A DNA stretch of 50,984 nt, counting the filler, from Trypethelium eluteriae (Eukaryota), in NCBI GenBank assembly GCA_051942245.1. It is 2 parts of 2 records of this genome, joined end to end, with 100 filler letters (N's around TTAATTAATTAA, not from the genome) between each part and the next. Parts side by side here need not be neighbours in the genome. Positions count along the whole stretch, not along the records: positions 1 to 25,460 come from JAVECL010000374.1; positions 25,561 to 50,984 come from JAVECL010000375.1. One strand, given 5' to 3'. Under the pieces are notes generated by a model. That model was not told the DNA's origin and did not search any database. It worked only from the letters and a program-made list of their open reading frames with translations. Made by a program: the position numbers and the translations under genes. Of the stretch, positions 13,267-25,879 are shown one piece after another (position 1 is the first letter of the stretch; each line of letters begins with the position of its first letter).

Positions 13267-13710
13267 ATGGCAGGCGTACGTGAAGCTGATGCAAGAACTT
13301 TTATTCCATTCCAGAGACTGACGGCAATTACAGATCTCGCAAGGCCTCTACAAGTAAACCCTCCATTTGCGCCGTCAGCACTATCCTTCTAACTCTCGGT
13401 AGCACTTTCATAAGAAGTAACGCAGCGTTCTTAGCCACAATATTCACTGGTGCTTTTGCGTTTCAGATGTATGCCTACCCATACCTCGAAAGGGCGCCGC
13501 CAATGGTCAAGACTTACGGTGTCGCTAGGGCGTTCAACCTTGGATCAGATGCTGTTTGGGACTCAGTAAATAGAGGTGTATGTCCTGGTCCCAGCAATGC
13601 AGGAAACAGTCCCGAGGTATAGGCTGACCCACTTAAAGCGCCAATGGAAAGATATCAAGCACAAGTACCTGCAGTCTGCAGAGGCAGAGGACGATGATGA
13701 TGATGAGTGA
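13267..13710 (+). CDS. QCR9: Cytochrome b-c1 complex subunit 9
   Basis: Exons 13267-13275, 13334-13353, 13403-13468, 13529-13577, 13639-13710 give MAGISQGLYNTFIRSNAAFLATIFTGAFAFQMAFNLGSDAVWDSVNRGRQWKDIKHKYLQSAEAEDDDDDE. Not in the ORF track. Confidence 0.93.
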
Positions 13711-14216
13711 GAAGACTCGGTGGAATAATCTTAGAAAGCAGCAGAGGTTGCGTGGAGAAACTTTCTCGGCTTCATGGAAACTGCGGAATGCAAGGAAAGT
13801 TCCTGTACAAGTATCATTCGCAGTTTACAATATAGACCTCCCATAATATAAATGACAAAATAGACCAATTGCCATTCTTTGAGGCTTTGTCAGGGCGTGT
13901 TTTTCGTGAAGGTGTGAAATGGGTAGGTACCTTCATTGTCGTCGGTGACGTAGGTTTGGCGGCGGATTACCTCGACTGGTCGTGTGGATCTACAACTTCA
14001 ACCTTCAAACTCCATATCCACAATGATGCAGTCCAGAAAAGCCTTCAGGCCTGCTTGTGCGCTACAGAGTAGCGCTTTTTAGTATCTTCGTGGTTTCGAC
14101 ATGCGAATGCAGCCTTCCCGGATGAGCAGACGCCACTATCAGAGTCACATCATTGCAGCCACCGCGCACTTTTCACCCCCAACTGCGCGCCATCTTGGGA
14201 GATAACTTGACCCAAA

Positions 14217-17200
14217 ATGCTTGTCTCTGAAGCTGACGGCCGTCTCTGTCTCTCTCTTCGGAGCTTGCCATCGCTCTTCCACAGTCGATACAGTATCCAT
14301 GTTGACCAATATCTCCGCCAACTTCTCTTTCAAAGCCTAGCCTCGCCCGAGTATCTTCCCTTGCTATTTCCCTCTGGGGTCCCCAACGAAGTCCCTATTC
14401 CTCCTCCCGATACCGGCGAATCTACAAAGCTTCAAGATCCACCCACTTGGAACCTCCGGGAAGCGCAAGGCGCAAAGACTGGTGCCGAATACACTGAAGC
14501 AGCAAGAGGACATCCATGTGGTCATATTTTCAAGACTGGCGAAGCTACATATCGGTGTAAGACATGCTCCAGCGACGAGACGTGTGTGCTCTGTGCGAAA
14601 TGCTTCGATGCGAGTGACCATGAAGGGCACATGGTCTTTGTTAGCACATCCCCCGGCAACTCAGGATGCTGTGACTGCGGAGATCCAGAGGCGTGGAATA
14701 GGCCGGTCTTTTGCAATATTCACAGCATAAGGGAAGGGGATAGAGGGACATCGACGTGGAAAGGAAAGGGTAGAGAGGAGAAGGAATTGCCGGAAGATTT
14801 GAAGCAGAGCATCCGGATCACAATCGCTCGGGCGCTAGATTACCTTTGTGATGTCTTCTCGTGTTCACCAGAGCAGCTGAGACTTCCTAAGACGGAAGAG
14901 AGTATCCGAGAAGATGAACGTCGTTCAAGATTAAATACCAGGTGGTACGGAGTTGGCGACAATGCGCAGGACGGCGATGTGGAATTTGCACTGATACTAT
15001 GGAACGATGAGAAGCACACAGTCGACGACGTGCGTGATCAGGTGGCCCGGGCATGTAGGAAGCGAAAGAGTTTTGGGCTACAGAAGGCAACTGAGGTCGA
15101 CGATGTAGGCCGGAGTGTGGTGGACTACTCCAAAGATCTACAAGAACTGCTCAGGATGGCTAAGGTGATCGAAGAGATCAAAGTAACGGTCACGATACGC
15201 TCGGCGCGTGATACCTTCAGAGAGCAAATGTGTGGCACAATAATTGAGTGGATCTCTGACATTTCAGGATGCACCATTGGACACGACGCTCAGATTCTAA
15301 GAAATACAATCTGCGAAGAAATGCTGCAGATATGGCGTATGGGCAGCAATGCGAGCAATGTGGACATTGGTATGGACGGCATTGATGACCATCAGACCGA
15401 GGACGTGGACTGGGAAAGTCATCGAGTGAGTCGTATGCTTGGGCTTCATGGACATCGTCCGATAGTCCGAGTGGCTGTCCGAACTCAGGATGCGGAAGAC
15501 AGCGAGCAGGAAGAGAATGAAGACGAAGATCACGACTCAGACGAGGACGTGGTTGATCAATCCATGCAAGGCGATAGCGATGATGGGGGCGATCAAATGG
15601 AGATTGATCTTCTTATTGATGAAACTAGGGTTGCGATGGGTGACGATGTTGACGACATGGATCTGGATGTGGACCTTACCACCGGGGCATCAGAAGCTAC
15701 TGTGGCTGGATATCCACCACCACCTCCGCCGCCCGCCACGACTACTGTAAATTCGAGCAGTACTGCGAATACTGCACAAGATGATTCGGATGATGGAGAG
15801 ATACCAACAGCAAGAACATCCGCAGAGTCATTCGCCGATGTTCCCAAAACTCCCACCTTTCGTTCACGACCTTCTAGACCTCCTCGGCCTCCGAAATACT
15901 GGCTTGAGAAGCCAAAAGGCGTCGTTAAAGACGATCAACTTCCTTTACGCGAGAAACTCGGGTCCCGTGTACGACTCGATTCCATGATCCTTTATGACCT
16001 ACGAATGTGGAAGCGGTTGCGCATCAACCTTCGAGATGTATACATTAGCACAGTCGTTACGATACCTTACTTCAAGAGGATTCTGGGTCTCAGATTTGCC
16101 GGACTGTACACAACCCTGGCTCAACTGTATTTGATCGCGGATCGCGAACCTGATCATTCGATTATCAATCTCTCTCTGCAAATGCTTACTACGCCCTCAA
16201 TTACCTCTGAAGTTGTCGAACGGGGCAATTTCTTAACCAATCTTATGGCCATATTGTACACATTCCTAACAACACGGCAAGTCGGTTATCCTCGAGACGT
16301 CGATCCGAAAGCAACTCTAGCGTTTGATGCAGGTGCGGTGACAAACCGACGGATGTATCACTTCTTTCTCGACTTGAAGTATCTCTTTGGATCGGAGTAC
16401 GTACAAGAGAAGCTTGCTCGGGAAGATCGATACACTCTGCAATTCCTTGATTTAGTCAAGTTACATCAGGGGATCTGTCCAAATACCCGTGCTGTTGGCG
16501 AACATATCGAATATGAAACCGATGCTTGGATCAATGCGTCTCTAGTGACACGAGAGATGAACAAATTGTGTCGCCAATTCGCAGACTCGTTCAAGTGGGC
16601 ACGAGGCCACGACCCAAGCAATATACAACGTGCCATTCGACAAGTTGCACGAGCGGCCCTCGTGAATAGTCTGGGCCTTGAGCGAAAGCGCTTTGATCTT
16701 GCAGAGATCAAGAATGAAGTCGTCTTCAAGTCTTTGAAATTGTTCCCTTTTGAACATGATACCGATAAGCAGCACCACAAAGTGGTTAGCTTTTCTGTTG
16801 CGAAACAGCCAATGAGTTTCCATCACGCGATGCACTATCTACTCTCTTGGTTGATTGACCGTGGCAAGAGTCTACCGATCGAAGAGCTCAAAGGCTCACT
16901 ATTGTTCGCACAGCGTGAAGTGAAGGAAGAGGCTCCCTCAGTAAAGGCACCAATACCTGATTATCAGCCGGATTGGTATCTCCTCGCTCTATTCGACTTT
17001 CCCTTACGTGTGTGTGCTTGGCTGGCTCAGATGCGTGCAGGCATGTGGGTACGTAATGGTATCTCGTTGCGGCATCAAATGTCAACATATCGAGGCATCT
17101 CACAGCGCGATGTCACGCACCAACGGGATATTTTTCTACTTCAAGTTGCGCTGTGCGTGTGCGATCCTACGGAGTTCCTGGCCTCGATCATTGATCGTTA

Positions 17201-20200
17201 CGATATGACATCCTGGACGTATCAGAAATACGATGTCGGTGACGATCGGGAAGATGCTCAGATGATTGATGTTGCAGAAGAATTCATTCATTTACTAGTC
17301 GTTCTCCTCGGCGACAGAAATCTGCTCCTTCCTACCGAGGACGAGCCAGCATCGCATATCGCTGTTATGAAACGAGATATAGCGCATATCCTTTGCTCGA
17401 AGCGCCTCTCTTACTCTGATTTGAGTAACCGACTTGCAGACAAGGTGCAAGAATCTGACGATTTCCAAGACGTGCTTGAGGAAATGACCAACTATCGACC
17501 GCCCGAGGGCGTGAATGATTACGGTACCTTCGAACTTAAGGATGAATACCTCTCAGAAGTCGATCCTTACGTTGCGCATTACACGCGCAATCAACGAGAG
17601 GAGGCGGAGAATGCCTACAAGTCCTATGTATCCCGGAAAACCGGCAAGCCCATTGATGAGGTTGTTTACGAGCCGAAACTAAAGAAGATCGAGTCAGGCG
17701 TCTTCAAGAATATTGCGGAATTTACTAGGACCAGGCTCTTTGCGCAAATCGTTTATTCGGTCCTACAGTATGCACTCGATAAACTCTGGATGACAAAACA
17801 TACTGGCATCCAGGCTACTCGTGTAGAAACCTTCTTACACACGGTCTTACATCTAGTCCTCATGGCGGTTTTGGAAGACGACTTCGAGACGCTCAGTGAT
17901 CGTAAAGGATCCTTTGTTCGCAACACGACGGCTGATCGAGGTGATGGAGGCCTCACTATCGTAGCGCAACTCCACAAGCTCTCCCAAATGGACGAATTTC
18001 CCTCCTGCCACCCAAAGGTTCAATTAATTCTCCGCCGAATGAAGCAACGGCAGCCCGTCCCTTTTATCCAAGCATTGAGCAAGGTTGGTGTTGACGCCGA
18101 TAGAATGGACACGAGCTCTCCCGCCGCTCCGGTCGAGCAGGACAAAGAAGCCAAGAAGAAACAGGCCCTTGATCGACAGGCTAGAGTAATGGCACAGTTC
18201 AAGCAGCAGCAGAACAACTTCATGGAGAATCAATCGATCGATTGGGGTGACGAGAATCTCAGTGATCTCGACAGTGATTTTGAAGTTGCACCAGAAGAGC
18301 AAGAGAAAGTGTGGAAGTATCCATCTGGAACTTGCATACTTTGCCAAGAAGAAACCAATGACCAGAGGCTATACGGCACATTCGCTTACATGATGGAGAG
18401 CAATGTTCACCGGCAGACTGATCTCAAGGACAAAGATTTCGTTACTGAGGTCGCAGAGACGCCTGCAGATCTTGATAGATCTGCGGAAGGCCTTCGCCCG
18501 TTTGGTGTCGCTCGCCAGAACCGAAAATTAGTGCAGAAAGTCAAGTCTGATGGAAACATTATCACGACTGAGCGGCAGGGCCTGGGTAAAGGCTTTCCTC
18601 CAGGTCAGCAGAGAAAGGGACCTGTTACGGTGGGTTGCGGACATATCATGCATTGGACCTGCTTTGAGATGTATGTCCAAGCAACAGGTCGGCGGCATAT
18701 CAGTCAAATTGCTCGCAGGCATCCAGAAAAGCTGGAGAACAAAGAATTCCTCTGTCCAATGTGCAAAGCGCTCGGAAACTGCTTTTTACCCATCTTGTGG
18801 AAGACCCAGATTGAAAAGTATCCTGGGCCTTTGGAAACACAGGGCAACACGTCCTTTGATGAGTGGCTGACTTCGCAAGTTGCGGTCCAGCTTTCTCGGT
18901 TGGATAAGAGTCCTGAGCGGCCGATGGAGAAATCCGCATCGATCGCGAGATATCAGTCACTTTTTGCGGAATATGGGTACAGCAAATTTATCACTCCAAT
19001 CGCATCTAAACTCAGTGAATACTCGAGAACGACACCAGTACCGCCTCTACCGACTCCAAACCAACCACAACCCACAGGACCCTTTTCTCGCGCCCTCATA
19101 CCAACGCTCATGCAGACGCAGAATGAGGATCCCAGGGATCCGATCTTAAGTTCCACCAGCCAAGCCTCAGGCCCGGTATCCTCACAGCCGCTCGGAGAAC
19201 TCTTGAATGCTTACACTCGTCTTAGAGAAACGATGAGAACCAATAGTAACCTCTTGGTTCGCTCGTCACCAGTAGCTGTTTCCCCTCTCGAGGATCTGGT
19301 CTTCACAGAGACCCTTAGCGCATCGCTTGGATTTTCTATCGCTGCTGTCGAAATCGCACAGCGAGGCATCAAGTCAGAAGGTGGGATCTCTACTGAAACG
19401 ATCAACCACTCTACGCTTACTCTCTTACGCGTACTGTCTGAGACTGTCTCCTCATATCTTGCCATTGGAGGACTCCGAAATCAAGGACTTAATAAGTCGA
19501 TTGCGGAACTCAGTGAGGCTCATTCGAGACAACTGCAGCAACTGTTCATTGGCAACGATCAACTCTTCTGGCAGGGGGAGTCCATCACTCCCGAGGCTTT
19601 GTTCCGACGAGATAACTTCGTCTTTCTCGCCGAATGCTCCGTTGGCATCGTGCCCGCGCTGCGTCTCGATATCTACCATATCCTTCGGCTTTGCTACCTC
19701 GCCGAAATTGTGAAGGTTGTTGTCGCCTACCTCCATGAACCCACTGGCATCCTCAATTCCATTCCTCCAATCTGGGAATCCGAAAAATGGGAGAGATTCT
19801 CCAACGATGCCAAAGCGCAGTGCACAGGGTCCCAACAAGCCGGATTTGACGTCTTCGTGCGCATGTTACTGAGCGATATCAACTCAGTAGCTTCAAGTAC
19901 AAACCTTGAGTCCGCCGTTAAAATCACGAAAATTGAGTTTGGATTCCTGCACCGCCTTCGTAATCTCGTTTCTAGCTATGCTCTGACATTCCTACGAAAA
20001 GCCGCCATCCTCATGCACGTTCGCTTCGGTGTCGACTTCAGTCTCATGCCAAAGACCACTACCGGCAATGCAGCCGAGCCCGAACTCTCCCGCCTCACCA
20101 AAGCGCTCCGGCTCCCAAGCATGGACGATATGTTTGCAGGATATACATCTCAAACAGTCACAGGCAGGACCACACGCACTATCGTCGGTGGCTGGATTCG

Positions 20201-20955
20201 TCACTGGACCTATCCTCCCACTTCCATCGGCTCCACAGCTCCCGTGTCCACTGCAATCTCTACCTCCGTTGCTCCTCCTGCGGGTACTACCCACTCGATC
20301 CGTCTCACAAGGGTGCCGCTTGCGCTTCCGCACCCAACAATCTTTGAGTTGGTCGGTTTGCCAAAGAATTATGATACGCTAACCGACGAGGCCATCTGGC
20401 GGAAGTGCCCGACTACGGGACGCGACATGACTGATCCCTGCGTGTGCTTGTTCTGCGGAGACATCTTCTGTAGTCAGGCTGTCTGCTGTACGAAGGATGA
20501 CCTTGGCGGGGCAAACAGGCATTTGTATAAGTAAGTCTCCCTGGTCTTCAACCCCGTGGCTCTGTGAAATACTACAGCTTTCCACTTGCACTTTTCCCGC
20601 CTTACTCGTTCCATGATTGAGGTTCAGAGTGGCGTCAACCAAATCAAATAGATTAACGGTATGCCTTTCCTCCAGATGCGGCGGTCCCATCGGTCTTTTC
20701 ATCAACATCCGGAAGTGCATGTTGCTCTTCTTGAACCGCCCCCAAGGCTCCACTTACGGCTCCTGGGCCCCTGCCCCATACCTCGACAAACACGGCGAGG
20801 CGGACCCAACGCTCCGACGGCACTACCAGCTCTTCTTGAACCAGAAGCGATATGACAAGCTGCTGCGGGATGTGTGGTTGGGGCACCAGGTCCCGAGCCT
20901 GATTAGTCGAAAGCTGGAGATGGATATCAATAACGGCGGTTGGGAGACTTTGTAA
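14217..20955 (+). CDS. UBR1: N-end rule E3 ubiquitin ligase
   Basis: UBR box (CGHIFKTGEATYRCKTC..CCDCGDPEAW), ClpS-like WNDEKHT, RING (CILCQE..GCGHIMH..CPMCK), C-terminal APYLDKHGE. One intron, 20531-20675. Confidence 0.97.
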
Positions 20956-21674
20956 GAGTGTTGAGACGTAGGGCTTAGAACTGGAGCATGAACCAGCGCA
21001 GATCAAGTGATAAAAGAGAAGCAGGTGGGGCAGGATCGGGAAGCAAACGGGAGGATGGCACACAGCTAGTGCCGCCAATTTGCGTGGTTGCAGAATTCCA
21101 TCGCAAATGGATTCATGGCGTTGCAGGCGTGGTGGGCATTCAGCATCAGCGGCGCGCTCTCGGAACACGTCCTCAGTAGGCTTGGGGATTTGGGTGGCAG
21201 CCTCTTTACGTGTATTTCCAACTATTTCAACGACTGCTTGGCTTTTCTTGACTCCCCACTGACCCAGAACCGAAATCATTCGCATGCCTGACTCTGGGTT
21301 TCCTAATTAGAGGCACGGTCCTAAATCGATGCATCACCATAGCCGCGTCACAGCATTCGGTAGTTCGTAGGTGGTAGGGTTTTGGATGGGGAACTTGAGT
21401 GCCTCGGTAGCCCCAGTCTAATATCCCACAGGTTAATATTTCACTTGGGCCTACTATAGGCAGCAACTCAGCGGCAGACGCCCCTGAGGATGCTAAACTG
21501 TCTAGAAAATGCATGAAAACAAGATATTGCGGTGGAGCACACCAAGGCTCAAATACCATAGAACTGTTCTACCGATTTAGTTCAATAGCATACTGAACAG
21601 CCTCCCAAGTATGCTCGTACCACTTAGAGACCGTTCCCAATATTGTAGCAAGCCCGAGCAGTACTGAGATTCCC

Positions 21675-24600
21675 CTATAAAGTTCCGCCGGTCTGTTCTA
21701 GGTCCCCACCCAGTGATCCTTTCGAGACCCAGGCAGTATTGACGATCCGATGAGCTGCCTCCATCGCCTGCGCCGCCTTCTCGTCCTGGGACGGACGAGC
21801 TCTCACATGACGTATCGGGATTTCGGCATCAGGCATCTCATGCTGACCGTAGAGGGTTTCCGGTGACGATGACGGCGCATTGTGATCGAAGTTAGCTTTA
21901 TCGTGTTGCTGAGATGCAATTCTCTCCGGACGAATGACATGGTTATAGTACCAAGATTTGAGCTGCCGTTTACTATCTTCCACAGTTGCGGAGAAGGCAT
22001 TGCCGACGAATGGTTGTAAAAGACTGTCATTTCTTGTAGCAGAGGTTGGCACTACACCGACCCCACTGTTCGCAACGCTTGAGGTCGAAGTAGGCAAGCT
22101 AGTGTCAATGGAACTGAATACAATGCGATGGAGATGGCGGAATGTTGCGATGATGTGCTTGATGGTAAAGGATTTGTGGCCGAGATCATTAGTTGGGCAT
22201 GCAGGATCTTCAAGACAGAGGAGGTACGGACGACGTGCATCAGTGCGTGCAATCGTAGCGCGGTCTGCAAAGACCTCCTTCTCATTTGGAGGCCCATGAG
22301 AGGACCGTACATTGGTCTTGTGCGACTTAGATATGCTCGAGTCTTCCAAAGAGCTCGGGCTACGGAAGCCATCTTCAACGGCTATATCCGTACCCTCCCC
22401 AAGGTTTTCCGAGTTCGCAGTCTTTTGCTCCGAGAGGTTCACAGCTCCCTTCTGAACTTCAATAGAATAGTGATCTTCAGCAGAATCAAGGACATCAGCA
22501 GCACCAATATCCTTCTGCCCCTCACCCTGGGCATCACCGGGAGACGGTTGAGTTTTCGCAAATATTTTCGGGGTCACTATGTCAATGCCGTACTTGACCG
22601 TATCAAAGTTCGAATAGAATTCCAGAAAAGCTAGAAGACGTGACACAGGGTCGCGTTCGGGAAGATCAGGAAAGAGGCGGAAGACAGCAGCCACCATAGC
22701 AAAGATACTATACCCTCCTATACCACCTTGATACACGTCAGTTAGTCCCCGACTTTCCAAGGTGGCCTTCACGACAAAGTAGACCTGTCGAATCGCTGGA
22801 CATGTATCCTGGTAGTGACAGACCCAACGCTGCTTAGGAACATCTGTCATAACGATTTGCAACTTCACACCAGTAGGCCGATGTTGCATCGCAAGAAGCG
22901 GACGTTTCGCATGTTGCACGGACAATCCTAGAAAGTCGCCTCTCTTTTCCAAGACCTTTCGTAGTCTCTGCAAATTTGCTGTTTGTGCTTTTCGAATCTT
23001 GCTGTGACTCAGACCGCGGGGGTGCTCCCGAAGCTTCCAATCAATCCAGGAAAAGTCAAGATCAGAGGTGACAGAGCCCAGACCATTCTCACTCGAACCG
23101 AATAGGGTGACTTCACTGAAGCTTACAGAATCGAGAAGTATAGTCGAAACGTCTCGTCCAAGTTGGGTCCGGGCTCGTTTCTCAACCTCTGACAACGCGA
23201 GCCACTTTTCAAATGCTACTATTTCAGCATTGAAACTATCATAGAATGTTAGTGAAGCTGAAGTGTGAACGGAATCAACACATTAAACAAACCGGGCGCG
23301 AGTGTCGAGCTCCTTCGTACGATTTCCATCCACCCACGGTACAGAGTAATTCCAGCCTTCGCTTTGGTCCTTCAGCGGGATATATATACCTTTATAATCT
23401 GTATTGGTCGCATCGTGCTCTGGTGACTTGGTACCAGCATTAATTCGCGGTGGCATACGTGCGCTCGACCGAAGGTCCTCGCGCTTGAAGGACGCCGGTT
23501 GCATCCGCCTCCCAGAATCGCTCTGCCTGGTTTGACTAAACGTACGGGTCGCTTGCCTCCGTTCTTCTCGAGTAGGGGATATGTCAGTATGGAGAGGTAT
23601 GGAAACATCATCTCTGGATTTCTCAGCCGTCTGGTCTAGGATCTGTTCCTCTTGCTCGAGGCTCGCTGTGCCAGACACAACATTCGATGGCGGATCATCT
23701 GGTCGAATCCAACACGTCCTCTTCGGAAACGAATCATTTTGTTCTTCGAATATGGGACTATAAGTAATTGAAGATTCTTGTCCGATCGAGGATGCGTTTC
23801 GATTGATGACTTGATCCTCCATGGTCGACGAGCCAAGCTCGTAGCCTTCGTAAAAAGTCTCCTTCCTCGAATACCCATCGTCTTGTTGTTGAAATATCGG
23901 CTTGTACACGAAGTCTGACTGCGAATCATTTGATGCAGCTCCAGCGCTATTAATGAGCTGATCCCGTACAATCGCCGAGTCAAGCTCGCCATTCCATCCG
24001 CTATTCGTATTTAATCCTTCTGAAAATTCCTTGATTTGGCTCAGGGTGTCGAAAAATAAATGTACAGTTGGCCGAGACTGCTCTTCACGTCTCTGGGGCA
24101 CCTTCTTCAATGCGTTTTCAGTGGATTTTCCCCTCTTGCTCACGTTCTTCGCTCGTTCTCGGTTTAAGACAACAGGCAGCCGAAAATAGTCTAAGATTTG
24201 TGGGACACTAGACTTAGAAGTCAAGTGACATGTGACACGCTTGTTTTCCACCCTAATATATCTGAGCATGGCTTCCCTCGATATAGGAATATCCCTCGCT
24301 GATTCCCAAGTACCGTCTTCGTTCGATAATTCGTTCTGTTTGGGTTCGAGTTGCTTGTGTTCAGCATCTTCCATGCGGATATGAGCAGCGACCTCCCTAA
24401 CATCGTCCCTATACATCAATTGCTCCTGGACAACAGGACTTCCTGTCATCGTGTTCAAATGGACTTGGTCTTGAGTATTGTTTCCCTTTGGACACGCATC
24501 TTTCACGATGGAGTCATGAAGAGGATTCTCTCCCCGCAACATCTTTGCACTGTTCTCGTAGTGTGATATTGAGGCTTCCATCCGACTCGGCGAGGTTTTG

Positions 24601-24989
24601 AAAGAATTGTAGGGCCTCTTATCTGAAATGATTAGAGCGTTAGCCCTTTGGTTCTGTCCATCTTGTTTCAATCGTCGCCGGTATCGCCAGCAGTCCCTCC
24701 CTTTGCATCGGCAGTCCACTGGAATTCTGGTCCTAGTCTTGCCAGATCCTTCAGCGCCCGACCCCTCTGTCCAAGAAGTCCCTGGTATAAGATCCCCGTC
24801 AAACTGAATGCTATATTGGTCCACAGAAAGCTTCCGGTGCTGTGTGAACGTGAGTCCGTGAGTTGCAGTGTCAGGGACCAGACATCGTTGCAAGATTGAT
24901 ACTCCGAAGATGTTGGCCAGAGCAATTGGGGCGTTGAAGGCGTCCTTCGACTTGCAGAGGATGCCATAGTAAGGCTGCGTTCGGTACAT
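21675..24989 (-). CDS. Non-canonical poly(A) polymerase / Trf4-Cid1-like nucleotidyltransferase with a long N-terminal extension
   Basis: Two long ORFs join through intron 23236-23292 (RFNAEIVAFEKWL). Motifs: FGSSENGLGSVTSDLDF, RGLTDVYQGGIGGYSIF, LCLEDPACPTNDLG. Start codon uncertain; first in-frame ATG is 24989. Confidence 0.8.
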
Positions 24990-25460
24990 TATGATATTTT
25001 GTTGACATTGCGACGTCACAGGGAGCTCTGGCGGCCGGGAAAGCTTTCACGAGCTTCATCCAGCGCGTCGGGGTTTGACCGCGCCGACGTCAAAATATGT
25101 ACTCCGTACTCCATACCTACCACGAATATTTACAGCTACAAACACCATTCTGGTAATTAGAGATGGAGATGGCACCAAGTCCGAGCCTGGTCGTCTCCTC
25201 ACAGAAGCAAGCTATGATTTCTGGATTTCCCATCGCAGATGCCATTTCTCGTTTCCAAGGTATGCCTACACACTAAATGTACGGGCAGGATGTAATGCGC
25301 CAATCTTCATACAAGGAAGAAATCCAGTGACATCGGACATAGCTCACGAGCTGCCAGAGCATGAACGGTTTACAAAATAGGACTTCGCAATCTCCTACGA
25401 AATTTCAAATCACCAAGCGAGCCACCGAGACCCTCTTTGCCCCTTCCTCTTCTTACCACC

Positions 25461-25560
25461 NNNNNNNNNNNNNNNNNNNNNNNNNNNNNNNNNNNNNNNN
25501 NNNNTTAATTAATTAANNNNNNNNNNNNNNNNNNNNNNNNNNNNNNNNNNNNNNNNNNNN
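25461..25560. other. Artificial scaffold/contig linker (assembly gap)
   Basis: N44-TTAATTAATTAA-N44: exactly 100 nt with stop codons in all six frames. Confidence 0.97.
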
Positions 25561-25740
25561 GGGGATGAGCGGGTGTGGGCGAGGTGGAGGAAGTGGGCGA
25601 GGGCGGTGGAGGAGAGGAAGAGTGTGAGGGAGACGATGAGTGATAAGGAGCATTACATGCCGATATATCAGCGTTATGCGGATAATAAGGCGATGAGTGA
25701 AATGGCAAAGGCGACGAGAGAGGGCCGACCTGTGCCATGA
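25561..25740 (+). CDS. C-terminal fragment of a glutathione S-transferase-like protein; 5' part lost in the gap
   Basis: Open frame GDERVWARWRKWARAVEERKSVRETMSDKEHYMPIYQRYADNKAMSEMAKATREGRPVP* resembles the C-terminus of a fungal GST family. Confidence 0.7.
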   Translation, partial: GDERVWARWRKWARAVEERKSVRETMSDKEHYMPIYQRYADNKAMSEMAKATREGRPVP

Positions 25741-25879
25741 TAGCTTTGGTAACTTGATAAGTTTCTTCCCCAGAGATGATCTAGGAAATGTACATTGAAG
25801 AATAGGTTATTTCGGTTATCCAAGAGACGCTATATGCGCTGTACAAATAAGGGACTTCACTGTGCCACGACCGAAGTCT

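Noticed and set aside
25505..25516. TTAATTAATTAA as a piggyBac target or biological repeat
   Set aside because: It is centred in symmetric N runs and is a synthetic assembly spacer.
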